DNA of 31,583 nt, from assembly GCA_037446215.1 (NCBI GenBank), contig JBBIJB010000019.1, forward strand, positions 1-31,583. The letters run 5' to 3'. Origin of the DNA: Armatimonadota bacterium. Lineage in GTDB: Bacteria; Sysuimicrobiota; Sysuimicrobiia; Sysuimicrobiales; Humicultoraceae. How positions within the stretch are numbered: position 1 is the stretch's first letter; each line of letters starts with the position of its first letter. Made by a program: the position numbers and the translations under genes. The notes beneath the pieces were generated by a model, which was given only the letters and a program-made list of their open reading frames with translations, was not told the DNA's origin and did not search any database. Positions 1 through 8,302 of this stretch are shown in pieces.

Positions 1-1294
1 GCACGTCGCGCCTGACCACCGAGCCCGCCCCGGTCACCGCGTCGCTTCCCACGCGCACGGGCGCTATGAGCATCGTGTCGCTGCCTATGAATGCGCGGTC
101 CTCTATCACGGTGTGGTGCTTGGCCCGACCGTCGAAGTTGCAGGTGACGGTGCCGGCGCCGATGTTGACCCTCTCCCCGACGGTGGCGTCCCCCAGGTAG
201 GAGACGTGATGGACCTTCGTGCGGTCGCCCACGGTGACGTTCTTCATCTCGGCGAAGTTGCCCACCTCCACGAACCTGCCGAGACGCACGCCGGGCCTCA
301 GGTGGCTGTAGGGGCCGATGCGGCTGTCGTCGCCGACGGTGCTGGAGGTCACCGTCGAGGCGACGATCGTGACGCGATCGCCTATCTCGGCGTCGACGAG
401 GCGGGCCGAGGGGCCGATCGTGCAGCCCTCGCCTATCGAGGTGTCGCCCTCCAGGATCGTGCCGGGGTGGAGCGTGGTGTCCGGGCCTACCCTTACGCCC
501 GCGTGTACGTACGTCGCGCCGGGATCGACGATCGTCACGCCGGCCTCCATCAGGGCGTCCAGCAGGCGCGCCCTCACGGCGGCCTCCGCGCGCGCCAGCT
601 CACCGCGGCTGTTGATGCCGGTCGTCTCCTGGCTCGACGCCGCCACGACGGCGGCCACTGTGTGGCCGGCGCCCAGCAGCACTCCGATTGCGTCGGTCAG
701 GTAGTACTCGCCCTGGGCATTGCCGGGCTGGATCGCTGCCACGGCCTCTCGCAGGGCGCCGCACTCGATCGCGTACATCCCCGCGTTGACCTCCCTGACC
801 TCGCGCTCCTCGGGCGTCGCGTCCGGCTCCTCGACTATGCGGCTGACGTTGCCGCGTGCGTCCCGCAGCACCCGCCCGTAGCCGGCGGGGTCGTCGCGGA
901 GGTCGGTGAGGATCGTGGCCGCCGCGCCCTGCGCCCGGTGGTGGGCCACGAGCGTTTCAACGGTCGCCGGCCGCAGGAGAGGGACGTCTCCGTAGACTAT
1001 CAGGACAGTGCCGGCGTAGCCCTCGAGGAGGGGAAGCGCCTGGGCCACCGCGTGTCCGGTACCGAGCTGCTCCTCCTGGACGGCATACCTCACGCCCTCG
1101 CCCAGCGTCGCGCGCACACGGTCGGCGCCGTGCCCGACCACGATCACGGGCGACGCCATGCCCACTGCCGAGAGGGTCTCCAGCACGTAGGAGATGATTG
1201 GCCTTCCGCAGATCGGGTGAAGCACCTTGGGAAGGGCAGAGACCATCCGCTTGCCCTTGCCCGCGGCCAGGACGACCGCCTCGATCTCTCTCAT
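1..1294 (-). CDS. glmU: Bifunctional UDP-N-acetylglucosamine pyrophosphorylase/glucosamine-1-phosphate N-acetyltransferase; 3' end runs off the window
   Basis: Absent from the ORF track (no stop in window). Manual translation from ATG 1294 gives MREIEAVVLAAGKGKRMVSALPKVLHPICGRP; the distal part has hexapeptide repeats and VNIGAGTVTCNFDG. AGGAG RBS upstream. Confidence 0.96.
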   Translation of the reverse strand, partial: MREIEAVVLAAGKGKRMVSALPKVLHPICGRPIISYVLETLSAVGMASPVIVVGHGADRVRATLGEGVRYAVQEEQLGTGHAVAQALPLLEGYAGTVLIVYGDVPLLRPATVETLVAHHRAQGAAATILTDLRDDPAGYGRVLRDARGNVSRIVEEPDATPEEREVREVNAGMYAIECGALREAVAAIQPGNAQGEYYLTDAIGVLLGAGHTVAAVVAASSQETTGINSRGELARAEAAVRARLLDALMEAGVTIVDPGATYVHAGVRVGPDTTLHPGTILEGDTSIGEGCTIGPSARLVDAEIGDRVTIVASTVTSSTVGDDSRIGPYSHLRPGVRLGRFVEVGNFAEMKNVTVGDRTKVHHVSYLGDATVGERVNIGAGTVTCNFDGRAKHHTVIEDRAFIGSDTMLIAPVRVGSDAVTGAGSVVRRDV

Positions 1295-1332
1295 CCCTGC
1301 TGCTCCTGTGAAGACGCGTACTTCCTCATGGA

Positions 1333-1357
1333 GTTCTGTCGCGGCGCAGGTATTCCT
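1333..1357 (-). promoter_or_regulatory. Putative AGGA-N17-GAAC (Bacillus sigma-H-like) promoter upstream of glmU
   Basis: Minus strand GAAGGAATACCTGCGCCGCGACAGAAC; the same motif recurs at five other upstream regions. Confidence 0.45.
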
Positions 1358-1385
1358 TCGGGACGATCTGGCCGATGAGGTGCGC

Positions 1386-1459
1386 TGGCTGGGGGGCCAG
1401 GATTCGAACCTGGACTAGGGGATCCAAAGTCCCCCGGCCTACCATTAGCCGACCCCCCA
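1386..1459 (-). tRNA. tRNA-Gln(UUG)
   Basis: TGGGGGGTCGGCTAATGGTAGGCCGGGGGACTTTGGATCCCCTAGTCCAGGTTCGAATCCTGGCCCCCCAGCCA forms a cloverleaf with anticodon TTG, T-loop GTTCGAATC, encoded CCA and a U1-A72 pair. Confidence 0.97.
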
Positions 1460-1495
1460 GAGGCCTCCCCGAAGATTATCCCACCCGGCCGGCGC

Positions 1496-1876
1496 CTAGG
1501 CCAGGGCTATCAGATCTATCTCCACCAGCACGTCGCGAGGGAGCCGGGCGGCCTGCACCGTGGTGCGCGCCGGCGGAAGCTCGCGGAAATAGCCGGCGTA
1601 CACCTCGTTCATCGCTCCGAAGTCGTTCATGTCCTTCAGGAAGACCGTCGCCTTGACGACCCTGTCCATTGAGGAGCCCGCGGCGTCCAGGACCGCGGCC
1701 AGATTCTGCAGCACCCGGTGGGTCTGTGTCTTGATGTCTGTGCCGTGAACCTGCCCGGTGTCGGGATCCAGCGGCGTCTGACCGGAGAGGAAGAGCAACC
1801 CGCCGGCACGGATCGCGTGTGAGTACGGGCCGATGGGCAAGGGCGCGCCTTCGCTACGAACCACCTCTTTGGACAT
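1496..1876 (-). CDS. ridA: RidA/YjgF reactive enamine/imine deaminase
   Basis: Motifs [35 protein letters not shown] (catalytic Arg) and [17 protein letters not shown]. Confidence 0.95.
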   Translation of the reverse strand: MSKEVVRSEGAPLPIGPYSHAIRAGGLLFLSGQTPLDPDTGQVHGTDIKTQTHRVLQNLAAVLDAAGSSMDRVVKATVFLKDMNDFGAMNEVYAGYFRELPPARTTVQAARLPRDVLVEIDLIALA

Positions 1877-1918
1877 CTCTACCTCCTGCTTGCGGGGATT
1901 GCCGGCCGTGGCGCCGCG

Positions 1919-2158
1919 TCACTGCTGCGGCTTGTCCAGCAGGCGCATCAGAGCGGTTCGGAGCTCCGTCGGCGCCCGCTCGCCCAGGCACTTCTGACGG
2001 AGCACCTCCCGCAGCCTGCGCTCGAAGCCCGCATGGTCGCGGCAGTCGAGGCAGTGCTCGATGTGCTCCTCGAGCTCGCCGGCCGCCGCCTCGTCGACCT
2101 CGCCGTCGAGGTAGCTCCACAGTTGCTCCAAGACCTTGTCACAGTCTATGTGGCTCAT
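1919..2158 (-). CDS. Zinc-binding anti-sigma factor (RsrA/RshA-like, zf-HC2)
   Basis: N-terminal Cys, YLDGE, HxxxCxxC (HIEHCLDC) and C-terminal C...AP.LR; coupled to the sigma gene by a TGATG overlap. Confidence 0.9.
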   Translation of the reverse strand: MSHIDCDKVLEQLWSYLDGEVDEAAAGELEEHIEHCLDCRDHAGFERRLREVLRQKCLGERAPTELRTALMRLLDKPQQ

Positions 2159-2802
2159 CAGGTTCTCGGCTGTGCGGACGGTCGTTCCCCGTCCGTGTAG
2201 CCCGCCCTCCTGGCATAATCCCAGAGTAGCCGCTGAAGATGGCGACGCCCCCGGTAGAGGCGCGACATCACCGTGCCGATAGGGATGTCCAAGATCTCCG
2301 CGATCTCCTTGTAGGAGAACTCCTCGAGGTCGGCCAGGATGACCGCGGCCCGAAACGGCTCGGGCACTTGCTCCAGCGCTGTCTTCACGTCCGCGTCCAT
2401 GATCTGGGAGAGCAATATCTCCTCAGGATCCCCCTGGCGCCTGTAGTCGTCGCTCTCGCGGACCTTGGCGTAGAGGTAGAACTCGCCGACGTCATCGTCC
2501 TCCACCGTCTCCGGCTCCCGCTTCGAGCGGCGGTAGGTATCTATGTACGCGTTCATGAGGATCCTGTACAGCCAGGCGCGCGCGTTCGTCCCATCCTGGA
2601 AGGTGTGGAACGACCGCCAAGCCCTCATGAACGCCTCCTGGACCAGATCCTCGGCCGAGGTACGGTTGCGCGTGAGCCGCAGCGCCGCACCGTACATGCG
2701 GTCGATGTGCTCTGTGACGAGGGCCTCGAACCGCTCGCGGTCCTCCCCGGTTGCTGCGACTTGTGGATGCTCACGGCTCAAGACCGCACCGCCTGCCCGC
2801 AT
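2158..2802 (-). CDS. ECF RNA polymerase sigma factor, SigR/SigH-like
   Basis: AEDLVQEAF, FQDGTNARAWLYRILMN and FSYKEIAEILDIPIGTVMSRLYRGR; adjacent ZAS anti-sigma gene. Confidence 0.93.
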   Translation of the reverse strand: MRAGGAVLSREHPQVAATGEDRERFEALVTEHIDRMYGAALRLTRNRTSAEDLVQEAFMRAWRSFHTFQDGTNARAWLYRILMNAYIDTYRRSKREPETVEDDDVGEFYLYAKVRESDDYRRQGDPEEILLSQIMDADVKTALEQVPEPFRAAVILADLEEFSYKEIAEILDIPIGTVMSRLYRGRRHLQRLLWDYARRAGYTDGERPSAQPRT

Positions 2803-2811
2803 GTCCAGTAC

Positions 2812-2837
2812 AACCGCGCGGCTGCCCTAGACATTCC
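2812..2837 (-). promoter_or_regulatory. SigR/SigH-type autoregulatory promoter GGAAT-N18-GTT
   Basis: Minus strand GGAAT-GTCTAGGGCAGCCGCGCG-GTT, ending 9 nt before the sigma ATG at 2802. Confidence 0.8.
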
Positions 2838-3309
2838 GGATTCGCCGCCGATCTCCCTTTCGGGTCCGGGCCTTCGCCCGGGCGGAGGAGTCGGCGGCCT
2901 GCTCGGTGCCGGCCCCGAGATCCGCCAGGGTCAGCATGTCCAGGGCGCCCCTTGCCGCCGCCTCTATCGCCCTCCAGACAGGGCGAACCCCGCACTCCGA
3001 AGCGTAGTCGCACTGGGGGGCCTCTCCTCCCGCGCACCACCAGGGCGCTATCCCCCCCTCCAGGGCCTCGAACGCCTCCCGCAGGGTTATCTCGGCCGGG
3101 GGCCGGGCCAGGGCGTGACCGCCCGAGGGCCCACGCTTGCTGATCACTATGCCGGCCCGGCGCAACACTGCCAGGAGGCGCTTGAGGTAGGGCTCGGGAA
3201 TCCCCTGCCGATCCGCGATCCCGCCGCTGTGCGCCATCCCTCTCCCGTGCCTTGCGGCGAGATCAAGCAGCGCGCGGAAACCGTACTCGGCGCGGGATGA
3301 TACCTTCAT
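2827..3309 (-). CDS. Rrf2-family transcriptional regulator with three Cys (probable Fe-S cluster)
   Basis: True start is MKVSSRAEYG (ATG 3309, ATGA overlap with the upstream gene). Motifs SKRGPSGGHALARPPAEITL and C-x7-C-x5-C. Confidence 0.92.
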   Translation of the reverse strand: MKVSSRAEYGFRALLDLAARHGRGMAHSGGIADRQGIPEPYLKRLLAVLRRAGIVISKRGPSGGHALARPPAEITLREAFEALEGGIAPWWCAGGEAPQCDYASECGVRPVWRAIEAAARGALDMLTLADLGAGTEQAADSSARAKARTRKGDRRRIRNV

Positions 3310-3716
3310 CGAGTGATGAGCTCCTCCTCGCGAATCGCGCCGTCCCGGATCCAGAAGGCCCGGACCACGGCGTCCTCGGCGGCGCCGGAGCCGGGCAGCG
3401 AGACGATGACGTGCACCGCGTCCGGGTAGTACGCCTGCTCGACATCCCTGCGCGAGGGATAGGCCTGCGACCGCGTATGGGAGTGGAAGATGGCCAGCAT
3501 CTCCCACCCCAGTGCCGCGATACCGTTGAATATGCGAAGTTGGTCCTCCGGATCGAGCAGGAACGTGTAGGGCGAGGGCTCGGCGTTGGCGCCGCGAAAC
3601 AGCCCTTCGACGCGCCCCTCCCTACCCGCCAGAATGCCGCAGCACTCGTTGGGGAAGGCGTCGTGGGCGAGCTCGACCATTAGGGAGCGCAGACCTGTCG
3701 AGAGAACAAGGGCCAC
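3306..3716 (-). CDS. M67/JAMM (Mov34/MPN+) metallopeptidase, Mec/CysO-cysteine peptidase-like
   Basis: PNECCGILAG and the JAMM motif FHSHTRSQAYPSRRD; length and motifs match the Mec-like subfamily. Confidence 0.9.
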   Translation of the reverse strand: MALVLSTGLRSLMVELAHDAFPNECCGILAGREGRVEGLFRGANAEPSPYTFLLDPEDQLRIFNGIAALGWEMLAIFHSHTRSQAYPSRRDVEQAYYPDAVHVIVSLPGSGAAEDAVVRAFWIRDGAIREEELITR

Positions 3717-3723
3717 ATGCGCA

Positions 3724-3729
3724 ATTATA
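3724..3729 (-). promoter_or_regulatory. -10 element TATAAT 7 nt before the GTG start; probable leaderless transcript
   Basis: Minus strand GTG-TATAAT-TGCGCAT-GTG; no SD sequence. Confidence 0.6.
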
Positions 3730-3775
3730 CACGACCGTGCCTCGGGCCCGTCCGGGGCGCCCGGTGTGCCCTCGC

Positions 3776-4624
3776 CTACTCGTCGTAGAGGACAGTGGCC
3801 TCCGGGTACCGGCGCACCCGGTTGTCACGCAGCCGGGCGCGAACCAGCTCGTCCAGCCTGGCCTGCTTGGCCTCCTGGGACTCCGTCGAGCGCAGGACGG
3901 CCAGGTCTATGTTGACGCGCAGGGCCCGCTGGGGAATCAGGTGGCGGCTGATCCCTGTCGGCAGCTTCAAGGGCAACAGGGACGCCGCCCGGATGTCGTT
4001 CTTGGTGAACTCAGGGAAGCGCACAACAGCCGCGGCCCGCTCGTAGGCGGCCAGGAGCGGCGCGAGGTCGCCGGGCGGAACCCGGTAGATGGCGGTCCGG
4101 CCTCTGTACGCGGCGACGACTCGCACCACCGCCTCGATCTTCTCCGCCAGGCCGCCGGGCGAGGCGATGCCGAGCGCGCCCTCGGCCGTCACCAGGCCGC
4201 AGGCCGTCTCGCCCGAGGCTAGGCCCTCGTCCAGCGCCTCTTCGGAGAGGGGTGTCCAGGGGAGATCGCCGTGGCTCGTGAGCAGCAGCTTGAGGCCGTC
4301 TTCGAGCAGCAGATGCGCCCATACGTCGAGCCTCAGGGCGGGATCGTCGTAGTCTACGACCTGCGCGAGCTGGTGGGGAGCTCCCGAGAGGCCGAGGGCT
4401 GTCACCCTATTGGCTCCGTCGAGCACCACGTGGTTGAGCGAGTCCACGGGCGCGACGATCGGCGGGTTGCGCAGGATCCCGTCGGCCCTCATCGACTGGG
4501 CGAGCCGCCCCGTGCGGACGGGGTCGCACTCCTCATGAAGCAGCAGTGAGGAGGTCGGCACTATCCGCAGGTCTGGAAGCTTGAGATCGGAAGAGCCTGC
4601 TGATGCCTCGGTCAATTCCATCAC
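3776..4624 (-). CDS. ParB/Srx-fold protein, SbnI/SerK-like putative free L-serine kinase
   Basis: N-domain LLLHEECDPVR...LRNPPIV...VLDGANR. C-terminal LPTGISRHLIPQRALRVNIDLAVL...VRRYPEATVLYDE resembles the SbnI C-terminus as I recall it. No HTH. Start overlaps the lipB stop. Confidence 0.7.
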   Translation of the reverse strand: MMELTEASAGSSDLKLPDLRIVPTSSLLLHEECDPVRTGRLAQSMRADGILRNPPIVAPVDSLNHVVLDGANRVTALGLSGAPHQLAQVVDYDDPALRLDVWAHLLLEDGLKLLLTSHGDLPWTPLSEEALDEGLASGETACGLVTAEGALGIASPGGLAEKIEAVVRVVAAYRGRTAIYRVPPGDLAPLLAAYERAAAVVRFPEFTKNDIRAASLLPLKLPTGISRHLIPQRALRVNIDLAVLRSTESQEAKQARLDELVRARLRDNRVRRYPEATVLYDE

Positions 4625-5370
4625 CTCGTGCCCGCGGGCTCCCCGTCGGAGCCGCGCAGGAGTGCCTCCACCCGCTCCAGGGAGACTCGCTCCATCTCGA
4701 CTCGGAAGAGGCGGCCGAACTGCTTCGGGTACTCCACCCTCACAGGCCGCATCTCCACCCGTCTGCCAAGCACCTCGGACATCGATGTGACGGGGCGCCC
4801 GAGCCCGCAGGGGTCTATGAGGGAGAAGCCGCTGGTGTCAGGATGCACGTTGAGCGCGAAGCCGTGCATCGTGACCTTCCGCTTTATCGCCACCCCCACA
4901 GCGCAGATCTTCGCCCCGTCCACCCAGACTCCCGGGTAGCCCTTGGCGCGCGTGCCCCGGATCCCGAAGACCAGGAGGGTGCGGATTACCGACTCCTCCA
5001 GGGCGTGCATGTATGCCGCCACGTCTTCCCTAAGCGGCGCGAGGCCGACGACCGGGTAGCCGACCAGTTGGCCCGGAGCGTGGTAGGTGGCGCTCCCGCC
5101 CCGCTCGACCTCGAACACCTCCACCCCAAGCGAGGCCAGCTTCTGCTGGGTCGCGATCACGTGCAGCGGGCTGCCGCTGCGCCCGATCGTGATCACCGGG
5201 GGGTGCTCAAGCAGCATCAGCAGATCGGGCACACTACCCTCCTGCCGGGCCCGGAGGAGCTCTCGCTGAAACGCCCAGGCGCGCGCGTAGGGAACCGGCG
5301 CCTCGTCGAGGTCCAGCAGCCAGCCCTTTGAAGCCGTCCCCTTCCGGCCCTCCGGGCCAAACGGTTCCAT
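4621..5370 (-). CDS. lipB: Lipoyl(octanoyl) transferase
   Basis: LLEHPPVITIG, ERGGSATYHAPGQLVGYP, GAKICAVG, HGFALNV and IDPCG. Start taken at ATG 5370. Confidence 0.95.
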   Translation of the reverse strand: MEPFGPEGRKGTASKGWLLDLDEAPVPYARAWAFQRELLRARQEGSVPDLLMLLEHPPVITIGRSGSPLHVIATQQKLASLGVEVFEVERGGSATYHAPGQLVGYPVVGLAPLREDVAAYMHALEESVIRTLLVFGIRGTRAKGYPGVWVDGAKICAVGVAIKRKVTMHGFALNVHPDTSGFSLIDPCGLGRPVTSMSEVLGRRVEMRPVRVEYPKQFGRLFRVEMERVSLERVEALLRGSDGEPAGTR

Positions 5371-5376
5371 ACGGGC

Positions 5377-5385
5377 AGAGTACCA
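5377..5385 (-). promoter_or_regulatory. Extended -10 (TGG-TACTCT) 6 nt before the lipB ATG; probable leaderless transcript
   Basis: Minus strand TGGTACTCT-GCCCGT-ATG; no SD sequence. Confidence 0.55.
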
Positions 5386-5496
5386 AAGCGCGCCCGGCCC
5401 AACAACCCGCGGGGGCAGAGGGCTTTGGGAGGGGCACGGTCGAACTCTACAGGCGGCGGCAGGTACAATCGACGGCATCTGTCCGGAGCCGGCACG

Positions 5497-6168
5497 ATGA
5501 GCATCCACGACATCTACAGGGCCGAGCGCACCGAGATGTACCTGAAGGCGGTGTACACGATAGCCCTCACCGACCCCCCTGTGACGAACGCCAAGGTCGC
5601 GGAGTACATGTGCGTCGCCGCCCCCTCGTCTCACGAGAAGTTGAGGAGGCTCGAGGCGCAGGGGCTGCTGGCCTCCGGCGCGACCGACGGCTACCGGCTG
5701 ACGCCGGAGGGCCTCGCGACCGCGGTGAAGGTCGTCCGCCGCCTGCGCCTCGCCGAGCGGCTGCTCACCGACATACTGCGGATGGAGATCGCGCACGCGC
5801 ACAGCGAGGCGTGCAAGCTGGAGCACGTGATCAGCCGGGAGGTCGAGTCACGGCTGTGGGAGGTACTGGGGCACCCAGCCACCTGCCCGCACGGCCTGCC
5901 GATACCCGGGGACAGGCCGATCTCGGTGGAGCTCCTGCCCACGCTGGACCAGATCGGCGTGGGCGCGCGGGCCGAGGTCGCCAGCATTCCCGAGCGGGAT
6001 GAGGAGGTCGTAGCCCTGCTGGCGGGGATCGGTCTCCTTCCCGGCACATCCGTCTCTGTCAGGGAGGTCGCTCCGCTTGGCGGACCGATAACGGTCCGAA
6101 CGGGCGGCCAGGGCAGGGCGCTCAGCCGCGAGGTCGCCCGGCGCCTCAGGGTCAGACCCCGCGGCTAG
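5497..6168 (+). CDS. DtxR/IdeR/MntR-family metal-dependent repressor with C-terminal FeoA domain
   Basis: TEMYLKAVY, RLAERLL, AHSEACKLEH, PATCPHGLPIPG and a FeoA-like tail. GGAG RBS and TACAAT at 5464-5469. Confidence 0.92.
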   Translation: MSIHDIYRAERTEMYLKAVYTIALTDPPVTNAKVAEYMCVAAPSSHEKLRRLEAQGLLASGATDGYRLTPEGLATAVKVVRRLRLAERLLTDILRMEIAHAHSEACKLEHVISREVESRLWEVLGHPATCPHGLPIPGDRPISVELLPTLDQIGVGARAEVASIPERDEEVVALLAGIGLLPGTSVSVREVAPLGGPITVRTGGQGRALSREVARRLRVRPRG

Positions 6169-6357
6169 CCCTTTGTGAGAGCGGGGAGAGAGCGGCCTGC
6201 CAGAGTGGCCGGGCGGTCCGGGAGGGGGAACGGCGGGGCGTTGCCGCGGCGCCTGCTGTCCGCCGCTCCCTCGGGGAATCGAGGAAGCCGCGTCACCTCA
6301 TCTCTTGACCGGAGGCAGCCCCGTGCAGCAGAGTGGTGGGGTCTGGCAGAGGGGAGT

Positions 6358-6963
6358 GTGAAGCGCGTGCGTATTCTGGCGGCGTTGTCGTTCGTGCTCG
6401 TGGCCGCTGCGGCCGGGCTGCCCGCGGGGGCAGGCCCAGCCGTCCAGGGTGACCCGCAGGCCGTGGCCGAGGTCACCGCGGCCTTCCAGCGCTTCGGATC
6501 GGTACGCACCTGGCGGGCCCGCATCTCCACGGGTAGGGCCGGGGTCGTGCAGATCATGGAGTTCGTGGCGCCCGACAGGTTCCGCACCCAGATCTCGGAG
6601 GGCGGTACGACCATAGAGACCTTCGCGATCGGACGGGAGTTCTGGATGCGCGCGGGAGGCACCTGCCAGAAGCTGCCGGCGCCGATGCCGGGCATGGCCA
6701 ACCCACGCGACTTCGAGCCCGGATCCGGACAGAGCACGATGATCGTGGCTAGGGGCGGGGCCGAGACGATCGAGGGGGTCGCCACGCAGACCTACACGAT
6801 GACGATCGAGATGCGCGGGAGCAGGGTGAACCAGAAGCTGTTCGTGGCCACCGGGACCGGGCTGCCGCGGCGAATAGAGATCCCGTCGACCGAGGGTCCT
6901 CCACTGATCATCGACTACTACGACTTCGACGCTCCGATCACGATAAGCAACCCTCCATGTTGA
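6358..6963 (+). CDS. Secreted hypothetical protein, possibly LolA/LppX-like beta fold
   Basis: GTG start after a purine-rich SD-like tract. Signal peptide KRVRILAALSFVLVAAAA; patterns EFVAPDRFR, GAETIEG, GLPRRIE and YYDFDAPITI; one Cys pair. Confidence 0.6.
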   Translation: MKRVRILAALSFVLVAAAAGLPAGAGPAVQGDPQAVAEVTAAFQRFGSVRTWRARISTGRAGVVQIMEFVAPDRFRTQISEGGTTIETFAIGREFWMRAGGTCQKLPAPMPGMANPRDFEPGSGQSTMIVARGGAETIEGVATQTYTMTIEMRGSRVNQKLFVATGTGLPRRIEIPSTEGPPLIIDYYDFDAPITISNPPC

Positions 6964-7024
6964 GGCGGTGCCCGGCTCCCAGGAGGGCCGCCTCCGTGAA
7001 GACGGCGGGAGCGCGTCCGCTATC

Positions 7025-7053
7025 TTGCATTGTTGCCCCGGGAGGCCCAAAAT
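7025..7053 (+). promoter_or_regulatory. Sigma70-type promoter TTGCAT-N17-CAAAAT for the NEW3/ABC operon
   Basis: Canonical spacing in an intergenic region, followed by a 5' hairpin (7062-7096) and a GGAGGT RBS. Confidence 0.5.
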
Positions 7054-7117
7054 GAATACCCGGAACCCATTCGACCGGCACATGGGTCGGGGTTCCAGAA
7101 TGCTCGGAGGTGTTTGG

Positions 7118-8302
7118 ATGCCAAGAGTGATCGCACTGCTCGTCGTCGCGGCTCTCGCCGCGCCGCTGACCGCGTTCGGACCGGCGGCGGCGCAGCCCTC
7201 CGCGGTGCAGACGCCAGGCTTCAAGGGGCTGTCGTTCATCACCCCGTTCCCGGCGCAGACCGTCCGTATGGGGGAGTCGGTGACGCTCTCGCTGACCATC
7301 AAGAACTACGGCCTGCCGCCCCAGGTGGTGACGCTGGGGGTCGCGCAGGGCCAGCCCGGATGGAAGGTCAGCTTCCAGGGCGCCGGCCGCCCCATCGGGG
7401 CGGTGGCGGTCGGCACCGACCAGGAGGCAGGCCTCACGGTGAAGCTGGACCCGCCCCAGCGGCTGCGCACCGCTACGTACAGGTTCGTCCTGTCCGCCAA
7501 GGGCACGACCGCCTCGGCGGAGCTTCCGCTGGCGCTGACGATCGGTGAGGTCCTCCCGCCCAGGCTGGACCTCCAGTCCGAGCTCCCGGTCCTGAAGGGT
7601 ACCGGAGCGACAAGCTTCCGCTTCCGGCTGATCCTCAAGAACGAGAGCGACAAGGACCTCCTGGTTAACCTGGAGGCTCAGACCCCGAAGGGGCTGCAGG
7701 TGACGTTCACCCCCGCGTTCGCCAGCCAGCAGGTGACCAGTCTCCCAATCAAGGCGGGGGAGTCGCGCGACCTCGACGCCGAGGTGGGCCTGCCGCCCGA
7801 TGTGGCCGCCGGAACCTACTCCATCGTCGTCAAGGCCACCAGTGGTGAGGCGCGGGCCGAAACCAAGCTCACCGTGGAGGTCGCCGGCAGGGCGGATCTC
7901 TCGATCTCGACGCCGGACAACCGGCTCTCGGGAAGGGCCTACGCCGGCAGGGACGGGCCGATCAAGCTCAAGATAAAGAACCGCGGTGGAGCCCCGGCCC
8001 GCAACGTCGAGGTCTCCTCCTACGAGCCGTCCGGATGGCAGGTGAAGTTCGAGCCCCAGCGGATCGAGGAGATAGCTGCCAGGGGCGAGGCCGATGTCAC
8101 CGCGACGGTGAAGCCGCCGTCCAAGGCGATAGCCGGCGACTACATGCTCACGCTCCGGGCCACCGCGGGAGACGCGTCGGCGTCCACGGACTATCGCGTG
8201 ACGGTGCTGACCTCCACGCTGTGGGGCATCGTCGGAGTCGTGGTGATCGCGGTGGCGCTCGGCCTGGTCAGCCTGGTGGTCTCCCGCTACGGACGGCGAT
8301 GA
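7118..8302 (+). CDS. Membrane-anchored NEW3 (NPCBM-associated Ig-like) repeat protein, ABC-2 accessory component
   Basis: Signal peptide, three beta-sandwich repeats (e.g. [10 protein letters not shown]...AIAGDYML) and a C-terminal TM helix ending YGRR. GGAGG RBS. Confidence 0.8.
   Translation: MPRVIALLVVAALAAPLTAFGPAAAQPSAVQTPGFKGLSFITPFPAQTVRMGESVTLSLTIKNYGLPPQVVTLGVAQGQPGWKVSFQGAGRPIGAVAVGTDQEAGLTVKLDPPQRLRTATYRFVLSAKGTTASAELPLALTIGEVLPPRLDLQSELPVLKGTGATSFRFRLILKNESDKDLLVNLEAQTPKGLQVTFTPAFASQQVTSLPIKAGESRDLDAEVGLPPDVAAGTYSIVVKATSGEARAETKLTVEVAGRADLSISTPDNRLSGRAYAGRDGPIKLKIKNRGGAPARNVEVSSYEPSGWQVKFEPQRIEEIAARGEADVTATVKPPSKAIAGDYMLTLRATAGDASASTDYRVTVLTSTLWGIVGVVVIAVALGLVSLVVSRYGRR

Noticed and set aside
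113..1378. 421-aa plus-strand ORF and similar long ORFs (2239-3300, 10239-11213, 14361-15485, 20706-22277, 26654-27895)
   Set aside because: Antisense shadows of well-supported genes, expected at high GC; no recognisable motifs.
1386..1459. tRNA-Gln as integration site of a genomic island
   Set aside because: No integrase, no duplicated tRNA 3' end and no obvious compositional shift.
3306..3716. JAMM protein as part of a CBASS or ubiquitin-like antiphage system
   Set aside because: No cyclase, E1/E2 or Ubl gene nearby; sequence and context fit the Mec-like housekeeping subfamily.
3776..4624. Chromosome-partitioning ParB or defence-associated ParB nuclease
   Set aside because: No HTH, no parA and no methylase context; the C-terminus resembles SbnI.
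4621..5826. 401-aa N-terminally extended LipB
   Set aside because: The extension overlaps the divergent DtxR gene; a -10 element supports the start at 5370.
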